Positions 1-12,926 of a stretch of 64,000 bases of DNA are shown here, in pieces (position 1 is the first letter of the stretch; every line of letters begins with the position of its first letter). A program made the translations under genes and the position numbers. The notes beneath the pieces are model-generated. The model searched no databases and was not told the DNA's origin. It saw only the letters and a list, made by a program, of their open reading frames with translations. The stretch is taken from contig NC_133618.1 in assembly GCF_048593235.1 (NCBI RefSeq), positions 245,917,882 through 245,981,881 on the forward strand, read 5' to 3'. Source of the DNA: Sminthopsis crassicaudata (lineage: Eukaryota).

Positions 1-2377
1 TAACTGGAATCTTGTAAAACTAATAATAGATTTACCAAATTAAAGTTAGAAGGGAACTTATAAGTTATCTAGCCCAATTTCTTTATCTTAGAGGAGAATG
101 AGGTTCAGAAGAGGGAGGTGACTTTTCCCAATGGCACTTAGATATGAAAATAGTTTTTAATAAAATGACTTTTAAAAGGTAAAAATTTGCTTTAAAACAG
201 ACCTACCGAGATGGATATAATAATCATTAGCATGTAGAGGAGAAGTAAAGGTGCTTAGTAATTCCCAGGACAGAGACTAAGAAAGAAGCCAGAGATAAAA
301 GTAGGAATCAGTTAGTTCAAATCCCACATTTTATAAATGAGGAAATCGAGGCCTTGACAATTTAAGGGAGTTTTTCAAGTTCAGAGTTAGTGGAACCAAC
401 TTTTGAAGCTAGGCCACCTAAACACATGTCCAATGCTCTTTCTATTATATGACTAAGTCTCTTTCAAGCCTTTTCAGCTTGGTAAAATCTGTGAGAGGCT
501 AATTTAACCAATTGAGTTAATATGATTTTACTGTTCTATGATCCTGCAGCAACCTCTATACCCTCTTGAATCAGAGAAGGCTTTTATGTGGTTAACCAAA
601 TTTGTTCATATTGAGTAGGACACTTTTGTTGTTGCTGTATTTAACTTAGTCACTCTTTTTAAAAATGTACATATTAGTACAGTTTATAGTCTCATATTAA
701 ATTTTCTTTTCTGTTCTTTGTATAATTAAATATTTATACTTGTTGATTCTTAAATTTATAAGAAAAAAGAAAAAAAAATCATGTTAAAATGTAGTCATTT
801 AAAAGAACAAAAATTACTTCATGTAAGTCAGACCTGACTCAGACTATTAATTACCATATTAATTCATATTTGAAATTGGGATGAATTGAGCACTCATAGA
901 TCATTCTACAGTCAAACAAATGAGATTTACTTAGCCATAACATAGAAAGAGGATATTTCAGGACTTAGCTCATATAGAAAAGGTAGTCTTCAACTCCATA
1001 TGAAATCATGTCCCTTCAGCAGTTCAGGCTGCAATTATTCAAATGGTTTTGAGATATCTACTAAGTCTTAAGAGTCCTAACTTATGGCAGGAAAACCTTA
1101 TAGTGCATTTATATGATTAGAAATCCATGTCAATAGGATCAGAGATTACCAAGGGAAGTACAATCTGAGTGTTGAATCACTTTTCTCTATCTTAACTAAT
1201 CTAACCTATGTCTGAAATGGGGAGGAGAAGGTAAGAAGAAAACTTGGTAGATATTGGCCCTAATTCACCTAATAAATAAACATTTCAATATTTTCAATCC
1301 AACCTCACATACGTTAAGTTTAAGGAAAAATCACAGGACCACAGATGTAATCTAGGAAGGGAACTATGAACTAGAAAAATAAAAAACTATTCTGAGGGGT
1401 TAAATTATACCTAAAGTCACATAGATAGTATTAGAGATAGGATTCAAATCTAAGAGTTCTGACTGTGTATACTATTTCTTTGAGAGGTGAAGGTTTTCAT
1501 GTTCATGCTTTTAAAAAATTGTTTTGGAAAGAGAGAAACCATATGTGTGGTTTTTTTTTATTGAAAGAATGGGCAAGAGCACTGAGAAAAGTCCATTAAG
1601 GGTCATCAGTATTTACTTGACTTCACCCAAAGGCTCACTTTTTGTTCAAACATGTTTCTTGGGAGGATGTCTGATAGAGAAATGATTGGCATTACTCAGA
1701 GCAAAGAGCAGGGAATGTACCAGCATTATCCAGACATTCCTGGAGAATTCCATCAGACCACAGAACACCATATCCCAGGTCCAAATGAGTTATTTATTGC
1801 TATCCACACTGATGGAATCATCATATTTCTAGGGCAAGGAGCCCATCTCACATTTGTGGGACATGAGGGATGAGAATATGGAAAACCAGGAGAGAGGAAT
1901 TACATGTAAAAAGGTTGTTGTTGTTTCTAAGTAAGCCCATCTTTCGGTAGGAAGGAATTCAATTTGGGTCTTTGGCCAGACCCTGGTAAAAGCAATAGTA
2001 AGTGTAGACTTCAGTAAAAGATGAACCTCTGAAGAAGGTTATGTGAAGTTTTCTCAACAGTATCAAAGAATCAGAAAGCTTAAATAAGTTCTACTGGAAA
2101 ATATTGGCAACCAGTGTACTTAGTCCCAGTCTAAGGGTTGTGGGGGCGTTATCTGTGGTTTGTATGGTGGTGTTGGTAAAACACACAAGTTTTGTGTCAG
2201 AAGATTTTGATGTATTTTTATGTCAAAAAAGCTAAAGTGATTCAGGAAATACATTCCCTTCAACTTAATTTATCTCAGATTTCCACTAAAACATTGACAA
2301 TTATTAGAAGAGAAGGGACCTTAGAGATTATCTAGTCAGGCAGTCAAAAATATATATTTTTTTAAGAAATCCCCATG

Positions 2378-2850
2378 ATGATCAATTCTGTTGGATGTGG
2401 CTCTCTTCAACAATGAGATGATTCAAACAATTTCCAATTGTTCAGTGATTAAGAAAGCTATATACACCCAGAGAGAGGGCTGTAGGAATGAGTGTGGACC
2501 ACAACATGGAATTTTCACTCTTTTTGTTGATATTTGCTTGCCTTTTGTTTTCTTTCTCAGATTTTTTTTCCTTCTTGATTCTATTTTTCTTGTGCAGCAA
2601 GATAACTATAACTATACATATATATATATATACATATACATACATATATCTACATATACATATATTGGATTTAACATTTATTTTAACACATTTAATATGT
2701 ATTGGACTACTTGCCATCTAGGGGAAAGGGTGGAGGGAAGGAAGGAAGGGAAAATCTGGAACAGGAAGTTTTGCAAGGGTCAGTGTTGAAAAATTACCCA
2801 TGCATATGTTTTGTAAATAAAAAGCTTTAATAAAATATTTTTTTTAAAAA
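2378..2850 (+). mobile_element. 5'-truncated L1 (LINE-1) 3' end with internal (TA/TACA)n and A-rich tail, inserted in a MIR
   Basis: Marsupial L1 3'UTR motifs (gtgcagcaagataac, catgcatatgttttgtaaataaaaagctttaataaaa). Diverged 14-bp TSD aagaaatccccatg (2364-2377) / aagaaataatcatg (2851-2864). Confidence 0.85.
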
Positions 2851-4018
2851 AAGAAATAATCATGGGCAGAATTTGAATCTAAGTCCCCTGATTCTAAGGT
2901 CAGTAATCTTTCCACTGTGTCAAAGTTCAAGATCATAAATGACATCCTCTCCCTCAGTGCCTGAGATATTGGTTCTGTATAAAAACTTTTGAGTGGGTTG
3001 GAAAGCTCAGGGAGATCTTTCTAATATTCATTCTTCCCTCTGTGCTTTCCCTTGGACAACTAGCTGGGTAAGATAAATCAAACAACTGCTTCCTGAAATT
3101 TTGAGAGAGGGAGGAAGCATGTTGTACATCTCTCTGTTCCTGTGTAAGTGATAGGAAGATCTGCCATCCCCCATATATCTTTTTTAAGTCCTTTCTCTGA
3201 TACATATTAGCTGTTCTGGATAACTCTTTAAGATTATGTAAATTGCATAGAATGTTTTGATCTTCTTTGATAGAAGGAAATTCCTCATTCTAGAGTTCTA
3301 TATATTAATAAAAAAACCTCACAAATCTAGTTTATGTTCCCATCTTTAGCCCTTCAAATATATAGTTAATACTCACAAACCACAATGGAATCAGACCATT
3401 GTTTTTACTTTCCTAAAATCTCCATGAAATTCCCAGAAAATATTGTGTAGGCAACTTTTTGCTTTGTGTGACTTCTGAATTTCAATTGTGAAAATTTCTC
3501 ATTAAATGCTTATATCCATGTAATAGTTCCTGAATGCTTCTTTCCCACTAAAGCATGCCTGAAGACAATGACCATTGACATCTTACAAAAAGAGCCGTGG
3601 TCCATGGAGTTGTAGAACAATGCCATCCCATGTTCAAAGGACTTCCCAGTGAGACTTTTCCCTACAGAAATGGCAATCAATATCCACTCTCCAAACAATA
3701 ATGTTTCCCTAGTGTTAGAGGCTTTTTTGATGTTTGGTCAATGTGGAGTAGCTCTAAGGGAAAGACACTTAGTGGAATCTTTCTCTTCCTCAGAAGCTCC
3801 ATTTAGGTGCCACCCCCCTCTGTGAAGCTTGTCTGGTCCCAGCAACTGAATAGTCTCCTGCCTTCCCCTCGAATTGTCTAGAGTATTTTGTTCCTACTGA
3901 GTCAGTCTGGTTTTGAGGAAAGAGTGCTGGGCCAGGAGTCAAGATGACCTGAATTCAAATTCCTGCCTAATCCTAGTTAAATTACTTCATCTCTAATTGC
4001 CTTAAGTACTTTTCTGGA

Positions 4019-4235
4019 ATAGGGACTCAACTTGAGATTCATGAATAGATTTCAGGCAGTCTGTGACTCTGAATCAGAAAAAAATTTTATTTTGCTTTTC
4101 ACTCTAATTGTTTTTGTTTTTTGTAATTCTATTAATTTTACTTTATGTATTTAAAAATTATTCTAAGAATGGATCCATAGGTTTACCTGGGCTGCCAAAG
4201 GAGTCCCATAATGCAAAAAAAAGTTTTGAAATTTC
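4019..4235 (+). mobile_element. Degenerate non-autonomous hAT/Charlie-type DNA transposon (MER5-like MITE)
   Basis: Resembles recalled consensus ...ttattctgagaaggggtccataggcttcaccagactgccaaaggggtccatgacacaaaaaaggtt; observed ttattctaagaatggatccataggtttacctgggctgccaaaggagtcccataatgcaaaaaaaagtt. Confidence 0.6.
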
Positions 4236-4724
4236 TTCTCTAGAACCTTTAAAGAATAATCAGGGTATTTGTGATGGTGTTGGTAGACAGAATCCCCAAA
4301 TTGGGAGTTTCTTATGTTGATGAAATTACATGTCTGCTAACTATCCAGGTGTCTGTCCTTACCCAGTCAGTGACATTTAATTTGTAGTTATGACCAAAGA
4401 ATTCATTGCCAAGTGATTGGTAATAAGCCTCTCTGTGTTTAGCTAAGTAGGTTTCCAGAAACAGATTTAATTTGCTCCTGGGACCATATTGGAAAATTTG
4501 CTAATATGGTAGATCCTGCCAGACCTTAAATTCCACTGGCATAACCTTCAAAATCTACATGCCATGGTCCAAGAGCCATTATGACAAAGTGGAATAGATA
4601 TTTGTGAAGAGTTTGAGATTGTATCATAGTTACTGGGAAATAGTATGGTACAATGGAAAGATCACAGATTCTACCATCATAGGACCTGAGTTTAAATCCT
4701 AATTTTTGCTCTATGTGTGTGATC

Positions 4725-5502
4725 TTTTTTTTTTTTCTTTCTTTTTTTTTTTTTTTTGATTGAAGCTTTTTATTTGCAAAACATATGCAAGGATAATTTT
4801 TCACCATTGACCCTTGCAAAACCTTGTGTTTCAATTTCCCCCCTTTCCCTCTACCTCCTCTCCTAGATAGCAAGTAATCCAATATATGTTAAACATGATA
4901 AAAAATATAGGCCTACGTAGTTATATAATTATCTTGCTGCACAAGAAAAATCAGATCAAGAAGGAAAAATAAGAAAGAAAATAAAATTCAAGCAAACAAC
5001 AAAAGAAGTGAGAATGCTATTGTTCCCATAGTCTTCTCTCTAGGTGTAGATAGTTTTCATCATCACAAGATTAATGGAATTGGCCTGGATTGTCTCATTG
5101 TTGAGAAGAGCCATATCCATCAGAATTGATCATCATATAATCCTGCCATTGCCATGTACAATGAAATTCTGGTTCTGCTCATCTCACTTAGCATCAGTTC
5201 ATGTAATTCTCTCCAGGCCTTTCTGAAGTCATCCTGCTGATTGTTTCTTACAGAACAATAATATTCCATAATCTTCATATATCATAATTTATTCAAAAAT
5301 TCTCCAACTGATGGGCATCCACTCAGTTTTCCAGTTTCTTGCCATTGCAAAAAGGGCTGCCACAAACATTTTTGTACATATGGGTCCCTTTCCCTCCTTT
5401 AAGATCTCTTTGGGATATAAGCCCAGTAACAGCACTGCTGGATCAAAGGATATGTACAGTTTGATAACCTTTTGAGCATTGCTCTCCAGCATGGCTTGGA
5501 TC
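4725..5502 (-). mobile_element. 5'-truncated L1 with ORF2 C-terminal remnant and 3'UTR, nested in a MIR
   Basis: Poly-T at 4725-4757. Track ORF 5289-5492(-) contains FDPAVLLLGLYPKEILKEGKGPICTKMFVAALF, typical of the L1 ORF2 C-terminus. MIR halves flank both sides. Confidence 0.92.
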
Positions 5503-5829
5503 TATTCTGTGTTTGATCTCGACAAATCTCTGTGCCTTAGTTTTCTTATCTGTAAATGAGGGGATTTCACTAAGATTACCTTTGAGGTTGCTTCCAACTT
5601 TAGATCTATTATTTTATGATTCTTTACCTTCACTAAATGCATTTCCACTATTTAGATTTTAAGCTATTTGAGGACAGGGGCAAACATAATAGGTCTTAAA
5701 AATGCTTGTTGCATTGAACTTTAGGATGAAAAAGAAGAATGGTGATTTCACCATTCTTTCAGTTATCCAGATTTAAAGATTCTTCCCTTTGACTCTTGAC
5801 TCAGGATGTGCAACATTGGTGGTTAGATG

Positions 5830-6050
5830 GCATAATAGGTAAAGTATTTGAAGTGGAATCCTTTCTCAGATACCTAGTAAGTATTTGATGTTGGGCATAT
5901 TGCTTAACCTCTTCTCGATGGATTCCTCATCTATAAAATGGGGATAATAATAGCATCTAATTCCTAGGGTTGCTGTAAGAACCATATGAACTAATAATAT
6001 TTGTAAAGTGCTTTGAATATCTTAAAATGCTATATAAATGTTAGCTGTGA
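5830..6050 (+). mobile_element. MIR (CORE-SINE)
   Basis: Core motif cctcatctataaaatggggataataatagcatcta...gtaaagtgctttg. Confidence 0.8.
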
Positions 6051-6449
6051 TTATTATTGGCAGCCAAAACAAAAACGTAACATTATCTTAGGCTTTACTA
6101 ATAGAAACATGGTATCTGAAAAATTATGGTATTACTGTTTTGGGTATCACAATTTAGGAGAGAAGATAATAATCTGAAACATCCACAGAAGGGTGACCTT
6201 CAGAATGGTGAAAAGTCAAGAAACAATGTTATTTGATGTGTCTCCTGAAGGAACTCAAAATGTTTTCACTAAAGGAGAGAAGGCTTTAAAGTATAGGAGA
6301 AGAGCACTTAAATCCTTTCATTTTAGAAGATGAGAAAACTTAAGTACAGGGAAGTTGTGACTTGTTCAAATTGACACAGACAATAGATATCAGAGGCAGG
6401 ATTTGAACCTGTTCTTTGGTTCCAGTCAGTGATTTTTCAATTATATTGC

Positions 6450-6690
6450 AAGGACTATCTTTAACCATTTAAAGGGCTATCACTCAAGAGAGGGAATAGA
6501 CATCTGACTGAAGTTGGAGGGGAGTTCAGATCAATGGATAGAAGTTACTGGGAGGCAGACTGTGACTCAACATAAGGGGAAAAATAGTTTTTCTTCTATC
6601 TATCTTAAAATGAGTTCTCCAGTCACTAGAGGTGTTTGATTCAAGGTTGAATAATCACTTGTGAGAAATTTTAGAGAATTGGTGTATTAA
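6450..6690 (+). mobile_element. L3/CR1 3' fragment
   Basis: atttaaagggctatcac...gaagttactgggaggcagact...tcactagaggtgttt...ggttgaataatcacttg resembles the CR1/L3 3' end. Confidence 0.65.
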
Positions 6691-6709
6691 TAGTGTGCAA
6701 CCACACTGC

Positions 6710-7061
6710 AGTTGCACATGGTAGCATATACCTATAATTCCTGCTACTGGGAAGGCTGAGATTAGTGGATCTCTTGGGCTCAGGAGTTTACCAAACTGCA
6801 ATAAGGTCTGCTGATCTGGTAGCCATGTTAAATTTGGCATTAATACACTAAGTTCTTGATTTATCATATTGCCATTTCTTGTAATGATGGTAGCATCAGG
6901 TTGCATAATGGAGAGGTGAACTGATCCCTATCAGAAATAGATCAAGTCAAAGTTTTTGAGCTAATTAAAGTAGGATGAAGCCCATGAATAGGCACTGTCT
7001 AGTCTGGCCAAGATAGAGAGATCTAGTTTTACAAAACAAAATTTAAAAAAACAACAAAAAA
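6710..7061 (+). mobile_element. 7SL (SRP RNA)-derived retroposon, near full length, with A-rich tail
   Basis: Colinear with 7SL: cctataattcctgctactgggaaggctgag, ctcaggagtt, cactaagttc, catcaggttgcataatggagaggtgaac, tgaataggcactg, ctggccaagatagagaga, then an A-rich tail. Heavily mutated with CpGs lost, so not a functional 7SL gene. Confidence 0.88.
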
Positions 7062-7172
7062 TTCAACTCCCAATCAGAAGACTATATGTTTAAATCTTGG
7101 CTCTACCACATATTATTAGTTTTGTGACCTTGAGCAACATTTCATGCCTCTAAGCCTCAAGGGTTAATGTGA

Positions 7173-7307
7173 NNNNNNNNNNNNNNNNNNNNNNNNNNNN
7201 NNNNNNNNNNNNNNNNNNNNNNNNNNNNNNNNNNNNNNNNNNNNNNNNNNNNNNNNNNNNNNNNNNNNNNNNNNNNNNNNNNNNNNNNNNNNNNNNNNNN
7301 NNNNNNN
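7173..7307. other. Assembly gap (N run)
   Basis: Run of n. Confidence 1.
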
Positions 7308-9605
7308 TTTTTCACACATAAATGTGAGCTGCTATCATTGGTAGGAGTTTTACCCATTAGGAGGTGGGACCAGCTGGTTTCTGCAGCTCCTCCCTTCCAA
7401 AACTTTAATTCAGTGGCCACAAGATTTCTCAACAAAACAAAACAAAAACACCTAAAACCCTTGGGAAAATAAAATTAGATCCCCTAAAGCTGAGTGCATT
7501 TAAAATAAGACTCACTTTATAAAAATGTGATTGATTTGAATACACCTATTCTGTAAAAAATAAAGTTTGCCTGACAACAGTGCTTGCTCCTGCCTAACTA
7601 CTTGAGAATCTGAAAACAATAGCAATTTAACTGTGCTACTCTCTTTGTGAACCTTGGGTGTGCCCAAAACTATCCATCTGAGAATCACAATCTCTGAGTC
7701 TAGTTTACTCATCTAGTTTACTCATCTGTGAAATAGGAGTGTATACTAGCAGAATTCTAAATTTCCTTCCAGTTCTAAATCCATGATCTTATGATTTATT
7801 CTTGCTTAAAGCAAAAACAAAAGAAACAATCTCATAAAAACTATTGTTTGAAGCCTGTCATTCACTGAGGGAAAATTCTCAATAGAGAGTCCCCCCAAAA
7901 CAGGAGATTTTGTTTTCTAATCTCAATTAAACACAGTTCTTTTTGCGAGATGCCTATAGTTGGCAAGGTTTCAAATATGTTTTAATGGGAAATGACCCAT
8001 TAGAATGGATATGTAAGAGGAGATTCTTGCAAAACATGAGGGGGGGTTACTTCTTGCTTTGGCTGCCAATGATTCGCAAATCTAAATTTACCAAATGCTT
8101 CAATGATGGGGATCATATCACATACTGATCAGACTTTTGATATCTATGCTTAAAGCTGGCCTGTTGAATAATTGTCCATGTTCCATCAATTATACAAGGC
8201 TCCAAGAGGAGCCTGGCACATAGTTGGCACATAATTCCCCAAGGAATTCCTCAACATCCCTCCCACATATATTTACACACACATGCCCATGTTTACACAT
8301 GCATATGCATATACATTCACAAATACATACATACACATCAAGTTCTAAGACTCGTGTTAGTCTAGAGCTGGGGCACATGAAGAGACTTCCTTTTGCAACA
8401 TCCCAAAAGCAGCTGCAGGAAAATGTGCCTTACAGTGTAATAAATCTGCCCTGTTGGGTCTTTATTGCATGCCTTTGAGATGTCGCAAGATGCAAGGGCA
8501 AAGGCTGATGGCATCCATTCATTTGGAACATGCCCTTTTTTATCCACAATCCTCAGTGTAAATACTTAATTCAATGAGAGACTAATGTAATTTCAGGAAC
8601 ACTTTTAGCCTTTTAAGTCACATTATTCTTATAATTTTAGTGATAACAAAGTTTTCGCATGTCAGATTAATTGCCTTGTCCTAACTACTATGGAATGGGC
8701 ACATGCTCACCAAAAAAAGTGGCAGGGAGATTAAAAAGAAAATGAGACACATTTCATATGTAATTCTGACAATGGGAAAGTGGGAGGAAGGGAGAACACA
8801 CTGCTCTATTCAACAGCTTGGTTGTGGGAAAAAAAGAACTTGTCTCCATACCAAGTGGTGTCATGGTAGTGAGATTTAAAAGGAAGTTACCATGGTGAAA
8901 TGAAAGGGACAAATTTCAAAAGAGATTTGGACTTCAAGGAAGAGGGTTCAAAGCCTGTTTCTCCACCATGCCACTTCCAATTTATATTTAGAGAGGGAAG
9001 GAACTTTAGAATTTATTAAGTTATCTGAGGTATGATTCGAATCCAGATAACTATGACCAGTACAAATCTGAATAAATTACTTAATCTTTATGGAACTCAA
9101 TTAACTCTATAAAATTAAAAGATTCATTTTGATGATCTCTTGCATCTTATATGGTTTTAAATTCAGTTATCCTTATGGTTTTCATAAAATGTAGGTCTCC
9201 AAATGACAGTCTGAACTTCCAAAGACAAGTTCTTTCTTCTTTCCCAACCTGCGCTAATGGGAAAGTGTCAATAGCTTCATAGAATATGAGTAAATCTTTT
9301 GCTATATTCTGAAGTAGTAATAGTAATTATGTCCTGGACCTGTGATTTCAATTGGAATAGGGAACTGCTAAGGAACTGCAAGGGAACAAACCCTTTCTAC
9401 CAAAGCAGACTAACACCTGCCCCACTGTTGAAGCCAGGTCATTCAGACTTCCAAACCAAATCAATATTTGCTATGTTCTCTCTTTTAAAGGAAAAATCTT
9501 TAGGCCGGAATGTGTAGTCTTTTCCTCTCTATGATATCTATATCAATATATCAATCTGTACACACATACACACATATATGATATGTATATATATATATAT
9601 ATATA

Positions 9606-9755
9606 CATAATTTTTACACAACCCTAGGTATATAGGTATATAAAATAGATATAAAAATCAAATATTTACTGATAATAAACCATCATTTTGCAACCCCCAT
9701 ATTCAGTCATGCAACCCTCTCTGTGGGATTGCAACCCACAGTTTAAGAAGCTTTG
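9606..9755 (-). mobile_element. Non-autonomous hAT/Charlie-type MITE, partial
   Basis: End gcaacccacagtttaagaagctttg and internal tataggtatataaaatag...aaatatttactgataataaacc match the reverse of a recalled cagagcttcttaaactgtgggtcgcgacc MITE. Left side degraded into (TA/CA)n. Confidence 0.65.
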
Positions 9756-10721
9756 GTTTAGGCAATCAAGAAAACAATTTATTGAGTCCCTATCTGTAGT
9801 ATTTGGTCTGAGGTATAAATGCCCACATTGAAAACTTAATAATTAGCTCAATGAGTCAGGACAACTAGTTCTACATGTCCCTAGGTCCTTGGGTATCATC
9901 TGATCCAATCCTACATAGTAAGAGAATCAGTCCTACAAATGTTATACTTCCCCTGTTCTTAAGGAACTCTCAGTGGAATAGCTGTCAAATCGGACTGGAT
10001 GCATTGATTTCTAGGTTCTATTATTTTTTAAAACAATAGAGTAGATTTTAAAACAAAAGAATAGAAAAATACATTTTAAGTTTTTTATATCATCTATATT
10101 TTTTAGTATAACCTCCCACTTCCCATTCAATAATCATACTTTATAACAAAGAATTTAAAAAGAGGAGAAAAAACAGTTCAGTAAAATTAACCAACATACT
10201 GAAGAAAGTTTGATGCTGTAGGCATTATTTCATATCCAAAGTGTCCCACCTCAGCCAAAAATCAAAGGGACAAAACACTAGTCATTTTCTATCACTTCTT
10301 TGGGAACAAGCTTGTCTTTCTAACTATGCAGGATTCAACTGATTATTTTATTGTTGTTGTTTGACTCCTTGGTTTTTATTTAATGAACAGGAGTCTCTTA
10401 AGAGCTATGGGACTTTTGATCCATCATCTATTATTCAGATTGCCATCTGAAAGCAAGATGAGTGTCATTCAACTTTCTCCTTCTTTAGAGCTCAACAAAT
10501 AAGGGTTGGATGACCCCCTCCTCAGGTTCTATTATAACGGAGAGTCTTTTCATGTATGGGTTGGATTTACAGGACCCTGAGGTTTCTTTCAACACTCTCT
10601 GATTCTGTGAAAATTGATTTTTAAAAAGGTATTTATGGGGGAAAGAGCTTTAATAGAATTAGAAGTCCTGGGATCCAAATCTGGTTCTTTTAGATACTAC
10701 TAAGTTAGGGCAGCTAGTTAA

Positions 10722-11115
10722 TTGTTTGTTGTTTGTCCTTTGTTCTCAAAGAGGACCAAGACACCAGGAAGATGATATCTTGACTGGCAAGTGAATTAGA
10801 TTTAAGTGAGAAAGGGTTGTGGAAAGTCTCACTTTCTCTTCTAAAGTCATTTGGGTCAAGTAACAAGATATAGATCAGGACCACTAGGGACGGCCCTGGA
10901 TGTAGTGGGAGACCTTGGCTTTTTATAGCTTCGGTGTTTTGTTTGTCTGAGAAAACTACCCATTCAGTGATTAAAGTTAGATAAGAAATGAAATAAAAAT
11001 GGTCTCTTTTAGCTAGTTTAAAAAATCAATCAGGATAGAATAGAAACAATTACAATTTTCACTCACTCTGAGCCATCAAAACTGAAACACTGACCAAGTA
11101 AGGCTTGGACTGGGG
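10722..11115 (-). mobile_element. WALLSI-like (RTE-associated) marsupial SINE
   Basis: ttgttgtttgtcctttgttctcaaagaggacca...gtgaattagatttaagtgag...gatatagatcagga...gtgggagaccttggc. Confidence 0.75.
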
Positions 11116-11149
11116 AAGCTGGTTGATATAATGAATTTATATTTGGCCT

Positions 11150-11330
11150 TACTTATCAGCTTATCTTGGCAAGTCACATAAACCTGTATTTGCCTCTATT
11201 TCCTCATCCATAAAATGGGGCTAATTATGGAACCTACCTCCCAGGATTGCTGTGAGGATCAAATGAGATAGATACTACTATATCTGATATACAGTAAGCA
11301 CTATATTAATGTTGACTATCATCATGCTGC
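11150..11330 (+). mobile_element. MIR
   Basis: ttggcaagtcac...tttcctcatccataaaatggggctaat...cctacctcccaggattgctgtgaggatcaaatgag. Confidence 0.8.
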
Positions 11331-11744
11331 TGCTGCTATTGATTTCTTGTTAAGTTTCCTCTTCTGTAAAATAAGAAAATTTCACTAGTTGGTATTTAAG
11401 TTTCCTTCCAAATCTAAATTCTATGATTCTAAATTATTTCCTTTTCTTGCTATCTCAGGTCTTTCTTCATCTGCTGCTGAGGGACAATCCAAAGAGTGCA
11501 AACTGATTCTCTCTTTTTTTTTTTTTGGCTCTAAGGTGGCAAGATTTCTTTCTTTTATCTTCCACATTATAGCAGCCATTTCAACAAATGTAGAGAAGTG
11601 AGCAGCATGATTTATCAGGGAAAACTTTTGGGTTAGAAATTAAGATGCACAGATTATAATCTTAATAGTTTCTATCTATATGTGATTTCGTCTCACCCAG
11701 AGTTTTGGTACCTTCTTTAAAATGAGTACACTATTATATACTAT

Positions 11745-11823
11745 TATAGGGTATCCTAAAAGTTGTAGTACAGTTTTAAGCTTTAATCAAAACTACATTA
11801 AAGATCTTTGTGATATTATGATA
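11745..11823. mobile_element. Short palindromic Tc1/mariner-type MITE
   Basis: tatagggtatcctaaaagttgtagtacagttttaagctttaatcaaaactacattaaagatctttgtgatattatgata is an imperfect self-complementary element with TA ends, matching a recalled tacagggtgtcccaaaagtcttagtgcagttttaagc... MITE. Confidence 0.7.
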
Positions 11824-11927
11824 GAGTACAGCATTTAAAGAAAATACTCTGCAAACTTTAGAGTGATCTTCTTTATCACTTCAGTCTCCTAATTATTAAT
11901 CTTTCCTAAGGGAAGGTGAAGCAACAG

Positions 11928-12135
11928 TTACAGAATTGTGGAGGCTCTCAGAGACCATCTTACCAACATATCAGATACTTGAGGACATCCAAGGATGGGA
12001 AGCTCATTACCCCTTGAAACAGTAGTCCATTCTTTGTTGATCAGACCTCAACCTTAGGAAGCTTTCCCCTTACATTATACAAAAATCTGCCTCTTTCAAA
12101 TTTACACCACTTGTTCCTAGATTATCCCCTTCCAA
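11928..12135 (-). mobile_element. L3/CR1 3' fragment
   Basis: Reverse of the CR1 tail: gggaagctcattacccc...ttaggaagctttccccttacattatacaaaaatctgcctc...cacttgttcctag. Confidence 0.65.
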
Positions 12136-12419
12136 AGTAAGCATCTTTTAGACTTTTTCTGATATTTTATATGTATTCAATCAAGCTAAAAAATTAGAAC
12201 TAGAGAGGCTAATGCAAGGACCGCCATTTTGGACCCATTCTTAAATTTTACTGGGAGACCAACTTGTATTAGGAGGATAAAACCAGGGTCTTGATTTGGG
12301 TAAGAATCTGTCCCAACTTTAAAAATCATTTTTCAATGTATTATTTTCTTGCCTGCCTAAGTTGGTGGAGGGAGGAGGTTTCTCACCTCCAAATACTAGT
12401 TACAAAAACAACAACATAA

Positions 12420-12437
12420 CACTGCCACCTTGTGGAA
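12420..12437 (-). promoter_or_regulatory. Candidate CTCF binding site
   Basis: Minus strand TTCCACAAGGTGGCAGTG closely fits the CTCF core CCASYAGRKGGCRS; not inside a repeat I recognise. Confidence 0.5.
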
Positions 12438-12774
12438 AAGAGACTCCCCCAACCAAATACTTTGGGATTCCGTATCTTGTTTGTCTACCTTTAACTTCCA
12501 GCAAAGACTGAGAACCAAGACCTCAGCATCCTTCTAAACAAATCAACTCATCTTAAAGCTGAGGAAAACTAATGGCAAGAGAGATTAAATGGCTTCTTCT
12601 GTTTACACAGGGAGTAAGAGTGAGAAAACAGGATTTGAATCTGGGACCATTTGCTCCAAATCCAATCTTTGTAACATATTTTGATTTGCCACAAGGAAGA
12701 ATGAATCAGAATGTACAGTGATTTTCATAGACTTTAATAAACCCAAACTGGCAAAGATATTAAAGATCTGTCAA

Positions 12775-12926
12775 NNNNNNNNNNNNNNNNNNNNNNNNNN
12801 NNNNNNNNNNNNNNNNNNNNNNNNNNNNNNNNNNNNNNNNNNNNNNNNNNNNNNNNNNNNNNNNNNNNNNNNNNNNNNNNNNNNNNNNNNNNNNNNNNNN
12901 NNNNNNNNNNNNNNNNNNNNNNNNNN
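12775..12926. other. Assembly gap (N run)
   Basis: Run of n. Confidence 1.

Noticed and set aside
2391-2789. Three overlapping ORFs with YIYI repeats
   Set aside because: L1 3'UTR plus TA microsatellite.
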